Counted from the stretch's first letter, positions 40,796 through 51,909 are shown. The stretch is DNA of 64,000 nucleotides from Methanotrichaceae archaeon (GCA_963803145.1 CAWDLW010000012.1:1-64000), one strand, 5' to 3'. The notes: generated by a model from the letters alone, not told the origin. Numbers and translations are program-made.

Positions 40796-40879
40796 CTTAT
40801 AGTCTGCGCTTCCAAAACCTTCCCCCGATGAGGGTTAGGGGCAGCCTGCGCGGGCGTTGGAGCGCGCCAGGAAAGCCAT
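40796..40879 (+). repeat. GC-rich dispersed repeat, copy 3
   Basis: GCGCTTCCAAAACCTTCCCC..GGGTTAGGGGCAGCCTGCGCGGGCGTTGGAGCGCGC. Confidence 0.8.
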
Positions 40880-41016
40880 CTTGGAAAAATTGACGCCTCT
40901 AGCCAACTATCGAACTTCATTTTTGGCGGCAGGATCAGGTATAACGGCGGGATCGAGTATAAATATGAATATATCGTTTCCCGTCTGGAAATCCACTCAT
41001 GAAGGCACGATAGACT

Positions 41017-41706
41017 TTGGAGGTATCGAAGATTACTGCTAAGCGCCCAGGTAGATTTGACCTTCACGTCCATTCGAACTGCTCTGACGGCCATGATGAT
41101 GTCAAGACAATACTAAAACAAGCCGTCAAATGCGGATTGAATGGAATTGCAATAACAGATCACGACACTATGCAGGGCTCGATCGCTGCCCGTAAGATTA
41201 TCAAAGATCTGAAGCTTGATATTGTCCTGATTCCAGGCGCTGAGGTCACAACGGCTGAAGGCCACCTGCTAGTCCTGGGTGTTAGCGATCTGCCTCGAAA
41301 GGGGATGAGCCCCGAGGAGACCGTCGATATAGCTCACGATTTTGGCGGAATAGCAGTAGTTCCGCATCCATATCACCCCTTCAGACATGCCATTGGCCGT
41401 ATACCGAAGTGCGATGCAGTAGAGGTTTACAACTCCAAGCATCTCTTCGGAATAGCCAATGCTCGGGCATCTATCGGTGCAAGAAAACAAGGGTTACCGA
41501 TGGTTGCAGGGAGCGATTCGCACTTTGCAAAGACCGTGGGCCTTGGGGTCACGGAAATCGATGCGGAAGACGCAGATGATGCGATCCGGGCGATTCGCAG
41601 AGGTTACACGCGGATAATTGGCAGGAGGACACCGCCAAGATATTTTATAGGAAATACATTCAGATCCATATACTTGGAGATTCGAAAAGGCATAAGAAGC
41701 ATCTAG
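41017..41706 (+). CDS. PHP-domain metal-dependent phosphoesterase
   Basis: DLHVHS..SDG, AITDHD, PGAEV, PHP and AGSDSH. Confidence 0.9.
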   Translation: MEVSKITAKRPGRFDLHVHSNCSDGHDDVKTILKQAVKCGLNGIAITDHDTMQGSIAARKIIKDLKLDIVLIPGAEVTTAEGHLLVLGVSDLPRKGMSPEETVDIAHDFGGIAVVPHPYHPFRHAIGRIPKCDAVEVYNSKHLFGIANARASIGARKQGLPMVAGSDSHFAKTVGLGVTEIDAEDADDAIRAIRRGYTRIIGRRTPPRYFIGNTFRSIYLEIRKGIRSI

Positions 41707-41708
41707 AT

Positions 41709-42176
41709 TCAGTCTTCGGCCAAAAGCCTTCCATGCCGATCAATCTTACCCTCGGAAATTCGAGTCGAGCTTATTCTCTCGTTGTCCTGAGCAAGCTTAT
41801 ATTCTATCATCGATATTTTTAGGGGCTTCATGCCTCTCTTCTCCCTGAATCGGTTGATCTTCAGCGCCATAGGAAGCGTTTCAGGAGAGACGATGATGTA
41901 ATCAAAGTCTTCATAGATCGATGATCCGCATTTATCATCTATCTTCACGATTCTGACATCATCAATCCCAAATGCCTTTCTCACAGTTTCCTTCAGGTTC
42001 TTCAGCCTTGTCTCGTAATCCTGGACTGGCCTAGTTCTGGTGCTATGGGCCATTTCATCTGAGGTAAGTCCGATGACCACTTCGTCATCTTTGCCAAGCT
42101 CAAAGGCTCTGCTGAGAAGGACGATATGCCCATCATGAATAGGATCGAAGGTGCCGCCAACTGCAACTTTGGCCAT
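41709..42176 (-). CDS. coaD: Phosphopantetheine adenylyltransferase (archaeal type)
   Basis: VGGTFDPIHDGH, IGLTSD, IVSPET and ISSTRI..G.ID. Confidence 0.92.
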   Translation of the reverse strand: MAKVAVGGTFDPIHDGHIVLLSRAFELGKDDEVVIGLTSDEMAHSTRTRPVQDYETRLKNLKETVRKAFGIDDVRIVKIDDKCGSSIYEDFDYIIVSPETLPMALKINRFREKRGMKPLKISMIEYKLAQDNERISSTRISEGKIDRHGRLLAED

Positions 42177-42225
42177 ACAGGCCAGGGAATTGAGAGATCT
42201 ATATAAGTATCTGGCGGCAATTCAT

Positions 42226-42651
42226 CTACAGATCTTTACTGCGTTCAAGAATTTCGTTGATGATCCTGTTCGATTTACAGAGAGCACAAGGATCATGGAC
42301 TTCGATCCTTATAATATCGGGGCTGAGTCCGCGTCCGTCTAGCTGCGCTCGAAGAACTTCTGGGTTGAAATGCTGGTCATACCCGAGAGTTATAATATCA
42401 GGCTTAAGCTGCTCAACGGGTATCATAAAATCTGATTCGTGCCCAAGAACCGCAAGATCCACGATTTTGAGTGCATTGACCATCATCAGCCTCTGGTCCT
42501 CTGGAATAATTGGTTTGGGCTTATGCTTCACGTTTACATCCCTTGCCACTACTACTACAAGCTCATCGCCAAACGCCCTTGACTCCTCCAGATAAAGCAG
42601 GTGGCCCGGATGAAGGATATCAAATGTGCCTGTTGCCATTACGCGAGTCAA
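42226..42651 (-). CDS. ribL: FAD synthase
   Basis: ATGTFDILHPGH, VVARD, PDIITLGYDQ and C-terminal CxxC. Confidence 0.9.
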   Translation of the reverse strand: MTRVMATGTFDILHPGHLLYLEESRAFGDELVVVVARDVNVKHKPKPIIPEDQRLMMVNALKIVDLAVLGHESDFMIPVEQLKPDIITLGYDQHFNPEVLRAQLDGRGLSPDIIRIEVHDPCALCKSNRIINEILERSKDL

Positions 42652-43091
42652 TGATTTCCCTCATAAAGGTCGTCATCTATATCTTCGTCATCAAAGCCAT
42701 CATCTTCAAACTCGACATCCAGCACAGGCAGGCTTCGGCGTTCACCTAAAACGTTGTAACATGCCCAGCTGCGCTCATTAAATGGCGGGCCGACGATGAT
42801 ATGATAGTCGCCAGTCCGTGAGAAGAAAATAAGATCCTGTTGCGAGGGCATTATGTTTGCCGAGGGGTGGCTGTGAACAGAGCCGACTACCATGATGTTC
42901 GGAAGCATATAGAGTCTGATAAGAGCGCTCATCCTTGAGGACTCAGTTCCCGGAATGACGAGAACCTCTGTAATTATCTCCTTATCAGCCTGAAGAAGGC
43001 CTGCGAACTCATGGGGCATTGAGGATTTTGATGCCTCAAGGATAAAATCCAATGTGTCTTTTGCTATCCCTTGAACCTTTTTCTTGCTCAA
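42648..43091 (-). CDS. JAMM/MPN+ metalloprotease
   Basis: PHEFAGLL and GSVHSHPS...PS..D motif. Confidence 0.9.
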   Translation of the reverse strand: MSKKKVQGIAKDTLDFILEASKSSMPHEFAGLLQADKEIITEVLVIPGTESSRMSALIRLYMLPNIMVVGSVHSHPSANIMPSQQDLIFFSRTGDYHIIVGPPFNERSWACYNVLGERRSLPVLDVEFEDDGFDDEDIDDDLYEGNH

Positions 43092-44056
43092 GCTGTCTCA
43101 CTTCCGCGCAGATTTCTGAGGTGGATGCAGTCGCCTGCAACTACACGTAACAGATTTCCTGAAGCTTTAATTAGCAGAGCGCCATCCTCTGATAAGGATA
43201 CTGCCTCGCCATCGAAATCGCCTGCAGCTGAATTAATTCTCACACGCCTCCCGAGAGTCGCTGATCTGTCGCACCACTCATGGTAGATCTCCTGTGAGTC
43301 AATCTTGTAGTATGCATCCTCAATCTCCGCAAGGACTCTTTGTATCAGATCAGCCCTCGATATCTCCGAGCCAAGCTCCATCGAAATCGATGTTGCATTC
43401 CACTCGTTGGGAAAAGCCTTGACATCAACGTTTGCATTGATGCCTATTCCGACGATGGCATGCTCAAGCATATCAATCTCGGCGCTGATCTCCATCAGTA
43501 TACCGCAAACTTTGCGGTCGTTTATGAGCAGGTCATTAGGCCATTTTATGCTCGTCTTTAGGCCATAAAGGCCGGCAATTGCCTTTGAAAGTGCAACACT
43601 GACGGCCATATTGACTTTATAGGCATGGGCAAGTGCAATCTTCGGTTTAAGAATAAGGCTCATCCATATGCCACCGGGCGGCGAAGCCCAAGCTCTGGCC
43701 ATGCGGCCTCGGCCTTCAGTTTGCATTTCTGCCAGAACTACTGTTCCATCATCGCAGCTTCTGGCTATGGACCTTGCGACCTCGTTTGTAGATTTAACTT
43801 CTTGATAGCAGTGAACGCTATGGCCTATGAACTTGGTATTAAGTCCTGAACATATCCGGCTAGCATCGAGAATATCGGGGCTATAAGCCAGCCTGTAGCC
43901 TTTATTGGTCGAGGATTCAATCCTATACCCTCTTGATCTGAGATTCTTTATCTGTTTCCAGATTGCGGCTCTGGAGATGCCCAGTCGTTGGGCCATCTCT
44001 TCTCCCGATACCCATGATCCCGATCGTAGATAATCGAGCGTTTCCTCATTTCCCAA
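43088..44056 (-). CDS. birA: Bifunctional biotin ligase/repressor
   Basis: N-terminal HTH VSGEEMA..SRAAIWK; STN, QTEGRGR..R.W, KWPND and GIGINAN. Confidence 0.93.
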   Translation of the reverse strand: MGNEETLDYLRSGSWVSGEEMAQRLGISRAAIWKQIKNLRSRGYRIESSTNKGYRLAYSPDILDASRICSGLNTKFIGHSVHCYQEVKSTNEVARSIARSCDDGTVVLAEMQTEGRGRMARAWASPPGGIWMSLILKPKIALAHAYKVNMAVSVALSKAIAGLYGLKTSIKWPNDLLINDRKVCGILMEISAEIDMLEHAIVGIGINANVDVKAFPNEWNATSISMELGSEISRADLIQRVLAEIEDAYYKIDSQEIYHEWCDRSATLGRRVRINSAAGDFDGEAVSLSEDGALLIKASGNLLRVVAGDCIHLRNLRGSETA

Positions 44057-44057
44057 G

Positions 44058-45542
44058 CTAGCTCTTCTCCTTTGATTTATTCATCGACATATAAGATCCG
44101 ACGGCTGCAGAGATCGCTGCTACCTTGCGGTTATCTGCACCGAGCGCGGATGCGAGCGATTTGCCTTTCTCATAGTCTTCTGATGCTACTTTCTTGACCG
44201 CCTCGATGATGTTCTCATCTTTGATGAAATGAGTGTTGATATCTCCGCGCCTGAACCTATCATTTCTGAGAACTGCCTTATGGAATATTATATTCGTCTG
44301 GACGCCCACGATTATGTACTCGTAGAGGGCGCGCTCCATCCTGGCTATGGCCTCTTTTCGATCTCTGCCATGGGCTACAAGCTTGGATATAAGTGAATCG
44401 TAATATGGAGGTATGACGTATCCGGTATAAACGCCGCTGTCAACCCTGATTCCCGGTCCTCCAGGGCTTCTGTACCTCTTGATCTTTCCAGGTGAGGGCA
44501 TGAAGTCATTCAATGGGTCCTCGGCGTTGATCCTGCACTCGATGGCCCAGCCGTGTATTTGCATTTCGTCCTGAGAGAAACCGAGATCTTCGCCAGATGC
44601 GATGAGAATCTGCTCTTTTGCCAGATCCACGCCGGTGACCATCTCAGTTATAGGATGCTCGACCTGAAGTCGCGTATTCATCTCCAGGAAGTAAAAATCG
44701 CCACGGGAATACATGAACTCTACAGTGCCTGCGCTTACATAGCCTATAGCTTTTGCAGCCTTAACCGCTATGGAGCCCATCCTTTCACGAAGTTCTGGAG
44801 TCATGACAGGCGAAGGAGATTCTTCGATGAGCTTCTGGTGCCGGCGCTGGATAGAGCATTCCCTATCGGAGACGTATATTGTACTGCCCTTCTTGTCTGC
44901 CAGCACCTGGAACTCAATATGCCTCGGCTCTGTCAGGTACTTTTCGATATAAATTGTGTCATCTCCGAAGGCGCTTTTAGCCACTGTCTGAGAATAGCTC
45001 AGCGCTGAGCCGAGATCGTCGCGGTTATCGACAATCTTCATTCCTATTCCGCCGCCTCCTGCAGCAGGCTTCAGTATGACGGGATAGCCTATGCTATCTG
45101 CGATATCTGCGGCCTCCTCGGGGTCAGAGATGCCTTCCTCAATGCCAGGGACAATAGGAACGCCTGCCTCCTTCATTGTTTTGCGGGCTGAGATCTTAGA
45201 ACCCATAGCATCTATGGCGCTGCTCGGCGGGCCTATGAATACTATGCCGTTCTGCTCACAAGCAGAGGCAAAGCGGGTGTTCTCGGAAAGGAAGCCGTAT
45301 CCTGGATGAATGGCCTCGGCGCCCGTCTCCTGTGCGGCATTGATGATATTATCTATTTTCAGATAGCTTTGGGACGAAGGCGCGGGCCCAATGTAAACAG
45401 CCTCATCTGCATACTTGGCGAACAGGGCATTCTTATCTGCTTCGGAGTAGACTGCCACTGTCGAGATGCCAAGCTCCCTGCAGGCTCTCATGATCCTTAT
45501 GGCGATCTCCCCGCGGTTGGCGATCAGGATCTTGTTGAACAT
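44058..45542 (-). CDS. pycA: Biotin carboxylase (pyruvate carboxylase subunit A type)
   Basis: [45 protein letters not shown] and YYDSLISKL. Confidence 0.88.
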   Translation of the reverse strand: MFNKILIANRGEIAIRIMRACRELGISTVAVYSEADKNALFAKYADEAVYIGPAPSSQSYLKIDNIINAAQETGAEAIHPGYGFLSENTRFASACEQNGIVFIGPPSSAIDAMGSKISARKTMKEAGVPIVPGIEEGISDPEEAADIADSIGYPVILKPAAGGGGIGMKIVDNRDDLGSALSYSQTVAKSAFGDDTIYIEKYLTEPRHIEFQVLADKKGSTIYVSDRECSIQRRHQKLIEESPSPVMTPELRERMGSIAVKAAKAIGYVSAGTVEFMYSRGDFYFLEMNTRLQVEHPITEMVTGVDLAKEQILIASGEDLGFSQDEMQIHGWAIECRINAEDPLNDFMPSPGKIKRYRSPGGPGIRVDSGVYTGYVIPPYYDSLISKLVAHGRDRKEAIARMERALYEYIIVGVQTNIIFHKAVLRNDRFRRGDINTHFIKDENIIEAVKKVASEDYEKGKSLASALGADNRKVAAISAAVGSYMSMNKSKEKS

Positions 45543-45777
45543 CCCCAACTGAAATGTTTTGCCAAGGTAAAACCTTTTTGGAGAGGACTATACCCGATGG
45601 CTCAAATGGTGTTAAGCTGGAACTGAAATAGCATTTGTTCATCTTTGCGACAAAACGAACAAACAAAAACCTCAAAGACACAAAGAAAATCTTGGATCAA
45701 TATGTATGGTATGACCTTATAGATAGATAAAACAAGAGATTGGTCGCTAGGAAAAATCTATGAATAGATGATGCAAC

Positions 45778-46332
45778 TTAGATTATGCCTTTGACCTTTA
45801 GGGCGCCTTTTATCTCGGCCATCTCGCCCTCAACCTTTTCGAACCTTTTATCCAGATAGCCTTTGAAATCGCACCTCGCGCCTTTGATCTCATCCAGCAG
45901 CTCGCCCTGCTTCCCAAGCATCAAGTCCATCTTTCCGCTCAGATCGCCAAAGCCCCTATCCATTTTTCCGCCGATATCCTGGAAGCCATCCTTTACTACT
46001 ACTATGAGATCTTTCACGATTGCAGCGCCTTGATCCAGGCGCTCATCGATTTCGCCTCGGTTGACAAGCTTATAGAATGCCTCATAATCGCCGGTTGCAT
46101 CCGAGAACTCTTGAGTTATAGAGTAGACATGGATAAGGGAATCTTTTATGTCAATGGCATCAACAAAGGCCCTCAGGTTTGCTACGCTTCCTTCAGCGAT
46201 TATCTTCACCCTGCCGTCATCAAGGTTCTGGACAGATCCTTTGATGCCGAGAATCCTGGCGATCTCGACAACTCTGGAACGATAGCCCGTCCTCTGGACT
46301 CTGCCTGAGACATATGCAGTCAGCCTTCTCAT
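45778..46332 (-). CDS. Acylphosphatase-like domain with coiled-coil tail
   Basis: VSGRVQRTGYR and VQNLDDGRV; heptad-like C-terminus. Confidence 0.82.
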   Translation of the reverse strand: MRRLTAYVSGRVQRTGYRSRVVEIARILGIKGSVQNLDDGRVKIIAEGSVANLRAFVDAIDIKDSLIHVYSITQEFSDATGDYEAFYKLVNRGEIDERLDQGAAIVKDLIVVVKDGFQDIGGKMDRGFGDLSGKMDLMLGKQGELLDEIKGARCDFKGYLDKRFEKVEGEMAEIKGALKVKGII

Positions 46333-46503
46333 TATGTAGACGTTTGCTGCCTTTTATTATAAGGTTAACTATTACATCGATTACAGCGACCTTCGTGGAA
46401 TAAACCATAAATTATCTGAGATTGATAATTATACTTCGATAATAGTAGTAGGCAAAAGATTATACGCCTGACGGCATTCTACTTCATAGGGAGGTCTGAG
46501 TGA

Positions 46504-46746
46504 ATGGGGAACACTATTGCCATACTGGCGGGCATCCTCATCGTTATTGCGGGCATTGCGCTGTTGGGTGTGCAGATGATGGAGAACAACGGCAAAGATA
46601 TCCAGGAACATAATTTTACACTCATAAGCGCTGAAGTCGGGTCCTCCAGGTTGCATATAGAGACCGGCTTTCTCGGAGTGCCATTGATAGTCCTGGGAAT
46701 GTTCCTCCTGATTATAGGCGCGATTGTATCGCGAGGCAGTCAATAA
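46504..46746 (+). CDS. Small two-TM membrane protein
   Basis: Two hydrophobic helices; GGAGG upstream. Confidence 0.55.
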   Translation: MGNTIAILAGILIVIAGIALLGVQMMENNGKDIQEHNFTLISAEVGSSRLHIETGFLGVPLIVLGMFLLIIGAIVSRGSQ

Positions 46747-46861
46747 ATCAACGAGTGAATCGACGAAACGATGAGCCGATAAACCGATGGCAGACCTGGC
46801 CAAAAGATATAGCCAGAGAAAATGGATATAGATTTAATCCAATAGAGCCAAAGTCTGAGGC

Positions 46862-47290
46862 ATGAAGCCTAGGGAGCTATCATCTGAGGAGTGCGCTGTT
46901 CTGCTGTCCGCAGGCAGATACGGTAGGCTGGGCTTATCTCTGAATGATATGCCCTACATCGTTCCTATGTCATATGTTTATTCAAACGGCAGGATTTACC
47001 TTCATTCAAGGGGAGGAGGAAAGAAGGTTGAGATTGTAACGAAAAATCCGTTTGTCTGCTTTGAGGTAGATCACTTGGATAAAAACCGATGGTCAAGCGT
47101 CGTTGTCTATGGAAATGTCAGCCTTTCATCAGATATCGAAGCCAAGGCCAGGATGTTCAGTGCCTTTACCAACAAGGATTTGGGAGGGCATGCTGGAAAG
47201 CAATTCAAGAAGGAAGATCTCGAGAAGATGGAGATGACAATCTGGGAGATCGAGATCAAAGAGATGACCGGAAGAGAGGGCGTCTGGTGA
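46862..47290 (+). CDS. Pyridoxamine 5'-phosphate oxidase-like flavin-binding protein (NimA family)
   Basis: GRLGL..PYIVPMSY..IYLHS..GKK..NPFVCFEVD..WSSVVVYG. Confidence 0.88.
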   Translation: MKPRELSSEECAVLLSAGRYGRLGLSLNDMPYIVPMSYVYSNGRIYLHSRGGGKKVEIVTKNPFVCFEVDHLDKNRWSSVVVYGNVSLSSDIEAKARMFSAFTNKDLGGHAGKQFKKEDLEKMEMTIWEIEIKEMTGREGVW

Positions 47291-47298
47291 GTTGGTAA

Positions 47299-48858
47299 AT
47301 GCCTGATGCGACAGAGCGGAAAGCGATAAAATGGACTGAGAAATATAGGCCTGAATCGCTCAAGGGGATACTGGGAAACAATAAAGCCGTATCTGAGCTG
47401 CGCGGATGGGCCGAATCCTGGGAAGCTGGATCTCCAATCACCGGGGCGGTCATCCTCTATGGTTCTGCAGGCGTTGGAAAGACCTCAGCTGCTCTCGCAT
47501 TGGCTCGCGAGATGGATTGGGACTATGTCGAGATGAATGCGAGCGACATACGAACCGCGGGAGCAATAGATAGTATCGCAGGCCCGGCATCTAAGAGCAG
47601 CACTTTTTCGGGCCACAGAAGGCTGGTGGTGTTGGATGAGGCAGACAACCTCCACGGGAATGCCGATCGGGGCGGTGCTGCTGCAATGCTCCGATTGGTG
47701 CGAAGCACAGGCCAGCCCGTTATCCTGATAGCAAATGAATACTATGAAATTGAGAAGCCTTTGCGTGATGCCACAAAGGGCATCCAGTTCAGGTCCATCC
47801 ACACTAGCACCGTAGCTGCTGCGCTTCGTGAGATCTGCAAGAATGAGGACATCTCCTGCGATCCTGATGCACTGCAGCTCATCGCTGAGCGGGCTGGAGG
47901 AGACCTTAGGAGCGCGATCAACGACCTTCAGGCAGCAGCAGAGGGCCAGTCGGAGCTGAAGCTTGAGGATGTCGCAACTGCAGAGCGAGATGTCAAATCA
48001 TCAATCTTCAAAGTTTTGGAGATCATATTCAAAGGAAGCAATGCAGTTGAGGCCATGAAAGGGTCATACAGTTTGGATGAGAGCCCTGAGGATCTTATTC
48101 AATGGATAGACGAGAACATGCCGCTTGTCTACGAAGGCGGAGATCTTTTCAGGGGATACGATCGCCTTTCAAGAGCCGACGTCTTTCTCGGCAGGGTGCG
48201 CCGGAGACAGAACTATGGCCTCTGGCGCTATGCGAGCTTCCTCATGACTGGAGGAGTTCAGGCTGCCAGGGAGAATCGCAGGCACGGCTATATTGCATTC
48301 AGGCCGCCCGGGCTGTGGCGCAGGATGGGCCAGAGCCGCAAGGCCCGCAGCGTTCGCGATTCTGCTGCAAAGAAGATTGCCCAGAAATGCCACATTTCCA
48401 TCGCCTATGCCAGGGTTGAGCTGATGGGCTTTATCGGACTATTGCTGAAGGACAAGAGGCTTGCGCCGAAGGTTGCAGCCGAGCTTGGCCTGGATGCTGA
48501 AGAGATCGCTCTATTAATGGGAAGCACCTCGACGACCAAGAAGGTGCAGACAATCTTCGAGGAGGCACAAAGGCTACGCGAAGAGGAGCGCATCGAGGAC
48601 ATAGAGTTTTCATGGCGTGGGTCTGAGGAGAGATCGCTGGAGAAGACATCGGAAGGGACATTGGAGGAGACAGGAGCGGAGGTAAAGCCTGCTATAACTT
48701 CTGTACCCAAGGCCGAGGAATTGCCTCAAAAGCCCAGAAGGGGAAGGCCCTCGAAGTCTGGGAAACCAAAGGATGATCCGGAGCCTGAGAAGGACCCTAA
48801 CGTTAGGACGGTGGCAGATAAAGCTAGCAAAAGACAGAAGTCGCTGTTTGAGTTTTGA
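47299..48858 (+). CDS. rfcL: Replication factor C large subunit
   Basis: WTEKYRP, GSAGVGKT, EMNASD, LDEADN, GGDLRSAINDLQ and C-terminal PIP box QKSLFEF. Confidence 0.95.
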   Translation: MPDATERKAIKWTEKYRPESLKGILGNNKAVSELRGWAESWEAGSPITGAVILYGSAGVGKTSAALALAREMDWDYVEMNASDIRTAGAIDSIAGPASKSSTFSGHRRLVVLDEADNLHGNADRGGAAAMLRLVRSTGQPVILIANEYYEIEKPLRDATKGIQFRSIHTSTVAAALREICKNEDISCDPDALQLIAERAGGDLRSAINDLQAAAEGQSELKLEDVATAERDVKSSIFKVLEIIFKGSNAVEAMKGSYSLDESPEDLIQWIDENMPLVYEGGDLFRGYDRLSRADVFLGRVRRRQNYGLWRYASFLMTGGVQAARENRRHGYIAFRPPGLWRRMGQSRKARSVRDSAAKKIAQKCHISIAYARVELMGFIGLLLKDKRLAPKVAAELGLDAEEIALLMGSTSTTKKVQTIFEEAQRLREEERIEDIEFSWRGSEERSLEKTSEGTLEETGAEVKPAITSVPKAEELPQKPRRGRPSKSGKPKDDPEPEKDPNVRTVADKASKRQKSLFEF

Positions 48859-48901
48859 TGATCTATCATTGAAAAACCGTCAAATGCTTCTCATAGATAT
48901 G

Positions 48902-48950
48902 TTCCCCGCTTGCGGGGTCAGGGGCAGCCCGCGCGGCGCCTGAGCGCGCC
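48902..48950 (+). repeat. GC-rich dispersed repeat, copy 4
   Basis: TTCCCCGC-tt-GCGGGGTCAGGGGCAGCCCGCGCGGCGCCTGAGCGCGC, downstream of rfcL. Confidence 0.78.
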
Positions 48951-49095
48951 CCGTCACCGCCTTCGCGCGAGATCCCCAGACGCGCGGGTCTCCCAAAAAG
49001 TATGCCATTAGCCTTTCGAGCCTAAAAATATGGACGATGCCTTTTAACTTAGTATACCAATATTAGATCTCCAGGTGAGTTGAATAAAGAAGACG

Positions 49096-49392
49096 ATCCA
49101 ACCTGCCTCGGTATCGATAGGAGCTAAGATCGCAGCGGCTGGGGCTGCACAGATCCGGGAATTGATTGAAGCTGGAGTTTATCTAAATGAGTCCAATTTT
49201 GTGAGAGATGCTATTAGGCATCGATTATCGGAGATCAAAGTAATAAAATGCGGGGATGTCGATTATGAGACCGCTAAGAAAGAGGTCTTGGGCTATTTTA
49301 AGAGCCGAGGTGAAGCCTATCCTGATGACGCCTTCGAGGATCTCGTGCTTGATTTCGACCGTTGTTCCCCAGCATACACTCTTATCCTATAA
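49096..49392 (+). pseudogene. Degenerate ribbon-helix-helix (CopG/Arc-type) regulator
   Basis: SVSIGAKI..IRELIEAGVYLNESNFVRDAIR pattern; in-frame stop upstream and aberrant C-terminus. Confidence 0.55.
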
Positions 49393-49547
49393 GGTATCTG
49401 CGAAGGAAAACTGAAAAAATAGAATTGAGTGTACCCTTCTGGGAACCACTGTTATTAGAACCTTAACTCTCACATGGAAGGGAATACCAAAGATAAGCAT
49501 ATATATTGGACTTGGGTATAACAGCTAAAATAAGGAGGGGCAGTTGT

Positions 49548-50414
49548 ATGTCCCATCAGGAAGTTTCATTAAATAAGGAAAAACTCGTCTTGACTCCTGG
49601 TGGTGTCAGGCCAAAGTCCAATGTACACCTGATTGAACCAGGCTATAGTTTGCACTTAAATGAAGGAAAGCTGCAAAAGATCGGTCCGTCTGGGCGTGTC
49701 AAGGAGGATTTTGATCTAGCTATGCATCCCCCCGAGGATGCGTCTGTGAGGCTTGACGAAGCCATCCCCGAGTCAAGTGATGAACTTGGTCCAGGGTGGA
49801 TCGCTTGGGCTGAATGGGACAACGATACAGGAAACCCCATAACTTATTTCAGCACCACCTGGGTCGTTCCACCTCCGCCGGAGGCAAAATCGGATCAGCT
49901 AATCTATCTCTTTAACGGTCTCCAGAACCCGGATCGCACCTGGATACTTCAACCTGTTTTGCAATGGGGAGTCTCTGATATCGGTGGTGGCGACTTCTGG
50001 GGGATTGGGAGTTGGTTCGTTGAACGAGGAGGACATGCTTGCTCTAGTCAACTTATCCCAGTCAATCCTGGTGATGTCTTATATGGGATTATTTCAGTTG
50101 GATATCAATCGGAAGATTTAATTCAATATAAATGCGAATTTCGGGGATTTGCCCAAACGTGCCTCTGGACAACCTTTAATGAACTCACATCATGTTGCCA
50201 AGCTCTGGAAGTTTATTCACCGGGCAAACGTTGCAGAAGTCCTGATTACCCGAATACGCCTTTCACATCATTTCAAGCGATAGACATCAAGACTGGAACA
50301 ATAAACCCGAAAGTAAGCTGGTCGCCTAAAGTTATCGAGACTAACTCTAGACAACGTGCCGAGGTGGCAAATAAAGCGAATCCCGGCGGCGAGGTTATTA
50401 TATATTATAGATAG
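49548..50414 (+). CDS. Hypothetical protein, possibly glutamic-peptidase (G1-like) fold
   Basis: FSTTWVVPPPP, YLFNGLQ, ILQPVLQWG and ALEVY motifs; GGAGGGG before the ATG at 49548. Confidence 0.5.
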   Translation: MSHQEVSLNKEKLVLTPGGVRPKSNVHLIEPGYSLHLNEGKLQKIGPSGRVKEDFDLAMHPPEDASVRLDEAIPESSDELGPGWIAWAEWDNDTGNPITYFSTTWVVPPPPEAKSDQLIYLFNGLQNPDRTWILQPVLQWGVSDIGGGDFWGIGSWFVERGGHACSSQLIPVNPGDVLYGIISVGYQSEDLIQYKCEFRGFAQTCLWTTFNELTSCCQALEVYSPGKRCRSPDYPNTPFTSFQAIDIKTGTINPKVSWSPKVIETNSRQRAEVANKANPGGEVIIYYR

Positions 50415-50589
50415 GCACAGGCCAATCTTTTTAAAATTCTTTTCAAATATATGGGAGCTTATGTATCTATTGAGGGATATACCATCAGATGACCAAACTA
50501 ACCGCAACTTAAGGGTTAATGCATTGAGATTCTTTAGCTGGATCGTAGAATAACAACACATTTGTCCTAAAAGGGCGATAATACAATCC

Positions 50590-51909
50590 ATGTCTCGTCT
50601 CACTCCCGCACACGCAACTCTTGATGATTGGATTGCACGTGAGGCAATTCCTTTCTCCATCGATTCCCCCAAAACCTTCAACGCCACTGTCGATAAGGTG
50701 ATCGCCTCCCTTGGTGTCTCAGTTGAGCTGCTTGGCCTCGGAGAGGCGCTCCATGGCGGAGAGGATATTCTCATACTCCGCAACCGGCTCTTCCAGCGCC
50801 TGGTTGAGGCACATGGCTACAGCGCTATTGCCGTTGAGAGTAGTTTCCCTCGGGCGCATGTAGTGAATGAATACGTGGCCGGTAGAGGTCCGGCATCGTA
50901 TGAAGCTGTGCAGGAGATTGGATTTAGCCATGGCTTCGGCAAGCTTGAGGCGAATCGAGAGCTTGTTGAGTGGATGAGGGCATACAATGCTCATCCTTCA
51001 CATAGCATCAAACTACAGTTCTACGGCTTCGATAGTCCGACAGAAATGATGAGCACCGATAGCCCAAGACAGCTTCTGCATTTTGTTCTCGATTATCTTG
51101 CCTCGATTGATAGTGCCAGCTCTGAGAAGCATAGAGGACGCATAGATCCGCTTCTTGGCCAGGATGCCTATTGGGAGAATCCTGCTGCAATGATGGACCC
51201 GACGAAGTCGATAGGCCTGTCACCAGCTGCTACGGCGCTCCGGATTGAAACGGAGAATCTCATTATGGAACTGCGCTTACGCCGTCCCGAATTGGTGGCT
51301 AAAGGCGATGAGAGCCGTTATTTGGAGGCAGTGCATTATGCAACGGCTGCACGGCAGCTGCTGAACTACCATGCCGTACTAGCCCGAACATCCAGCAAAC
51401 CAGGCGAAAGGCTTGTCGAGGGTCTAGGCCTTCGTGATGTGATGATGGCAGATAATCTTGAGTACATTGTGTCCCGTGAGCTTGATCGGGGAAAGGTGCT
51501 GGCATTCGCTCACAACAGCCATCTACAGCGTGGAAAGGCACAATGGCAACTGGGCGCTGATCTACTTATTTGGTGGCCAGCTGGAGCGCAGTTGAGTGAG
51601 ATGCTCGGCTCACGCTATGCCGTCATAGGAACGGCAATGGGCACTTCTGATGCCAATGGCATCGGCGAGCCCGAAGCTGGCACTCTTGAGGCGAGACTGA
51701 CCTCAGTACCAGGGCCAGTGATGTTCATTCCAACTCATAAAGGAGAAGGGCTTCCCGCCTCGGAAACAGCAGCTCTTCCGATTCGATCTGGCAGTATGAA
51801 GAACCAGACCTACTTTCCGCTAACTCCTCAAAGCTTCACCGATTTCGACTGGCTGGGTGTACTAGATAAAACGGCATACGTACGCGGTGGACCCCCGCTG
51901 CAACAGTAG
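50590..51909 (+). CDS. Erythromycin esterase (Ere) family hydrolase
   Basis: LGLGEALHG, IAVES, LVEWMR, FYGFD, RDVMMADN and AHNSH. Confidence 0.88.
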   Translation: MSRLTPAHATLDDWIAREAIPFSIDSPKTFNATVDKVIASLGVSVELLGLGEALHGGEDILILRNRLFQRLVEAHGYSAIAVESSFPRAHVVNEYVAGRGPASYEAVQEIGFSHGFGKLEANRELVEWMRAYNAHPSHSIKLQFYGFDSPTEMMSTDSPRQLLHFVLDYLASIDSASSEKHRGRIDPLLGQDAYWENPAAMMDPTKSIGLSPAATALRIETENLIMELRLRRPELVAKGDESRYLEAVHYATAARQLLNYHAVLARTSSKPGERLVEGLGLRDVMMADNLEYIVSRELDRGKVLAFAHNSHLQRGKAQWQLGADLLIWWPAGAQLSEMLGSRYAVIGTAMGTSDANGIGEPEAGTLEARLTSVPGPVMFIPTHKGEGLPASETAALPIRSGSMKNQTYFPLTPQSFTDFDWLGVLDKTAYVRGGPPLQQ

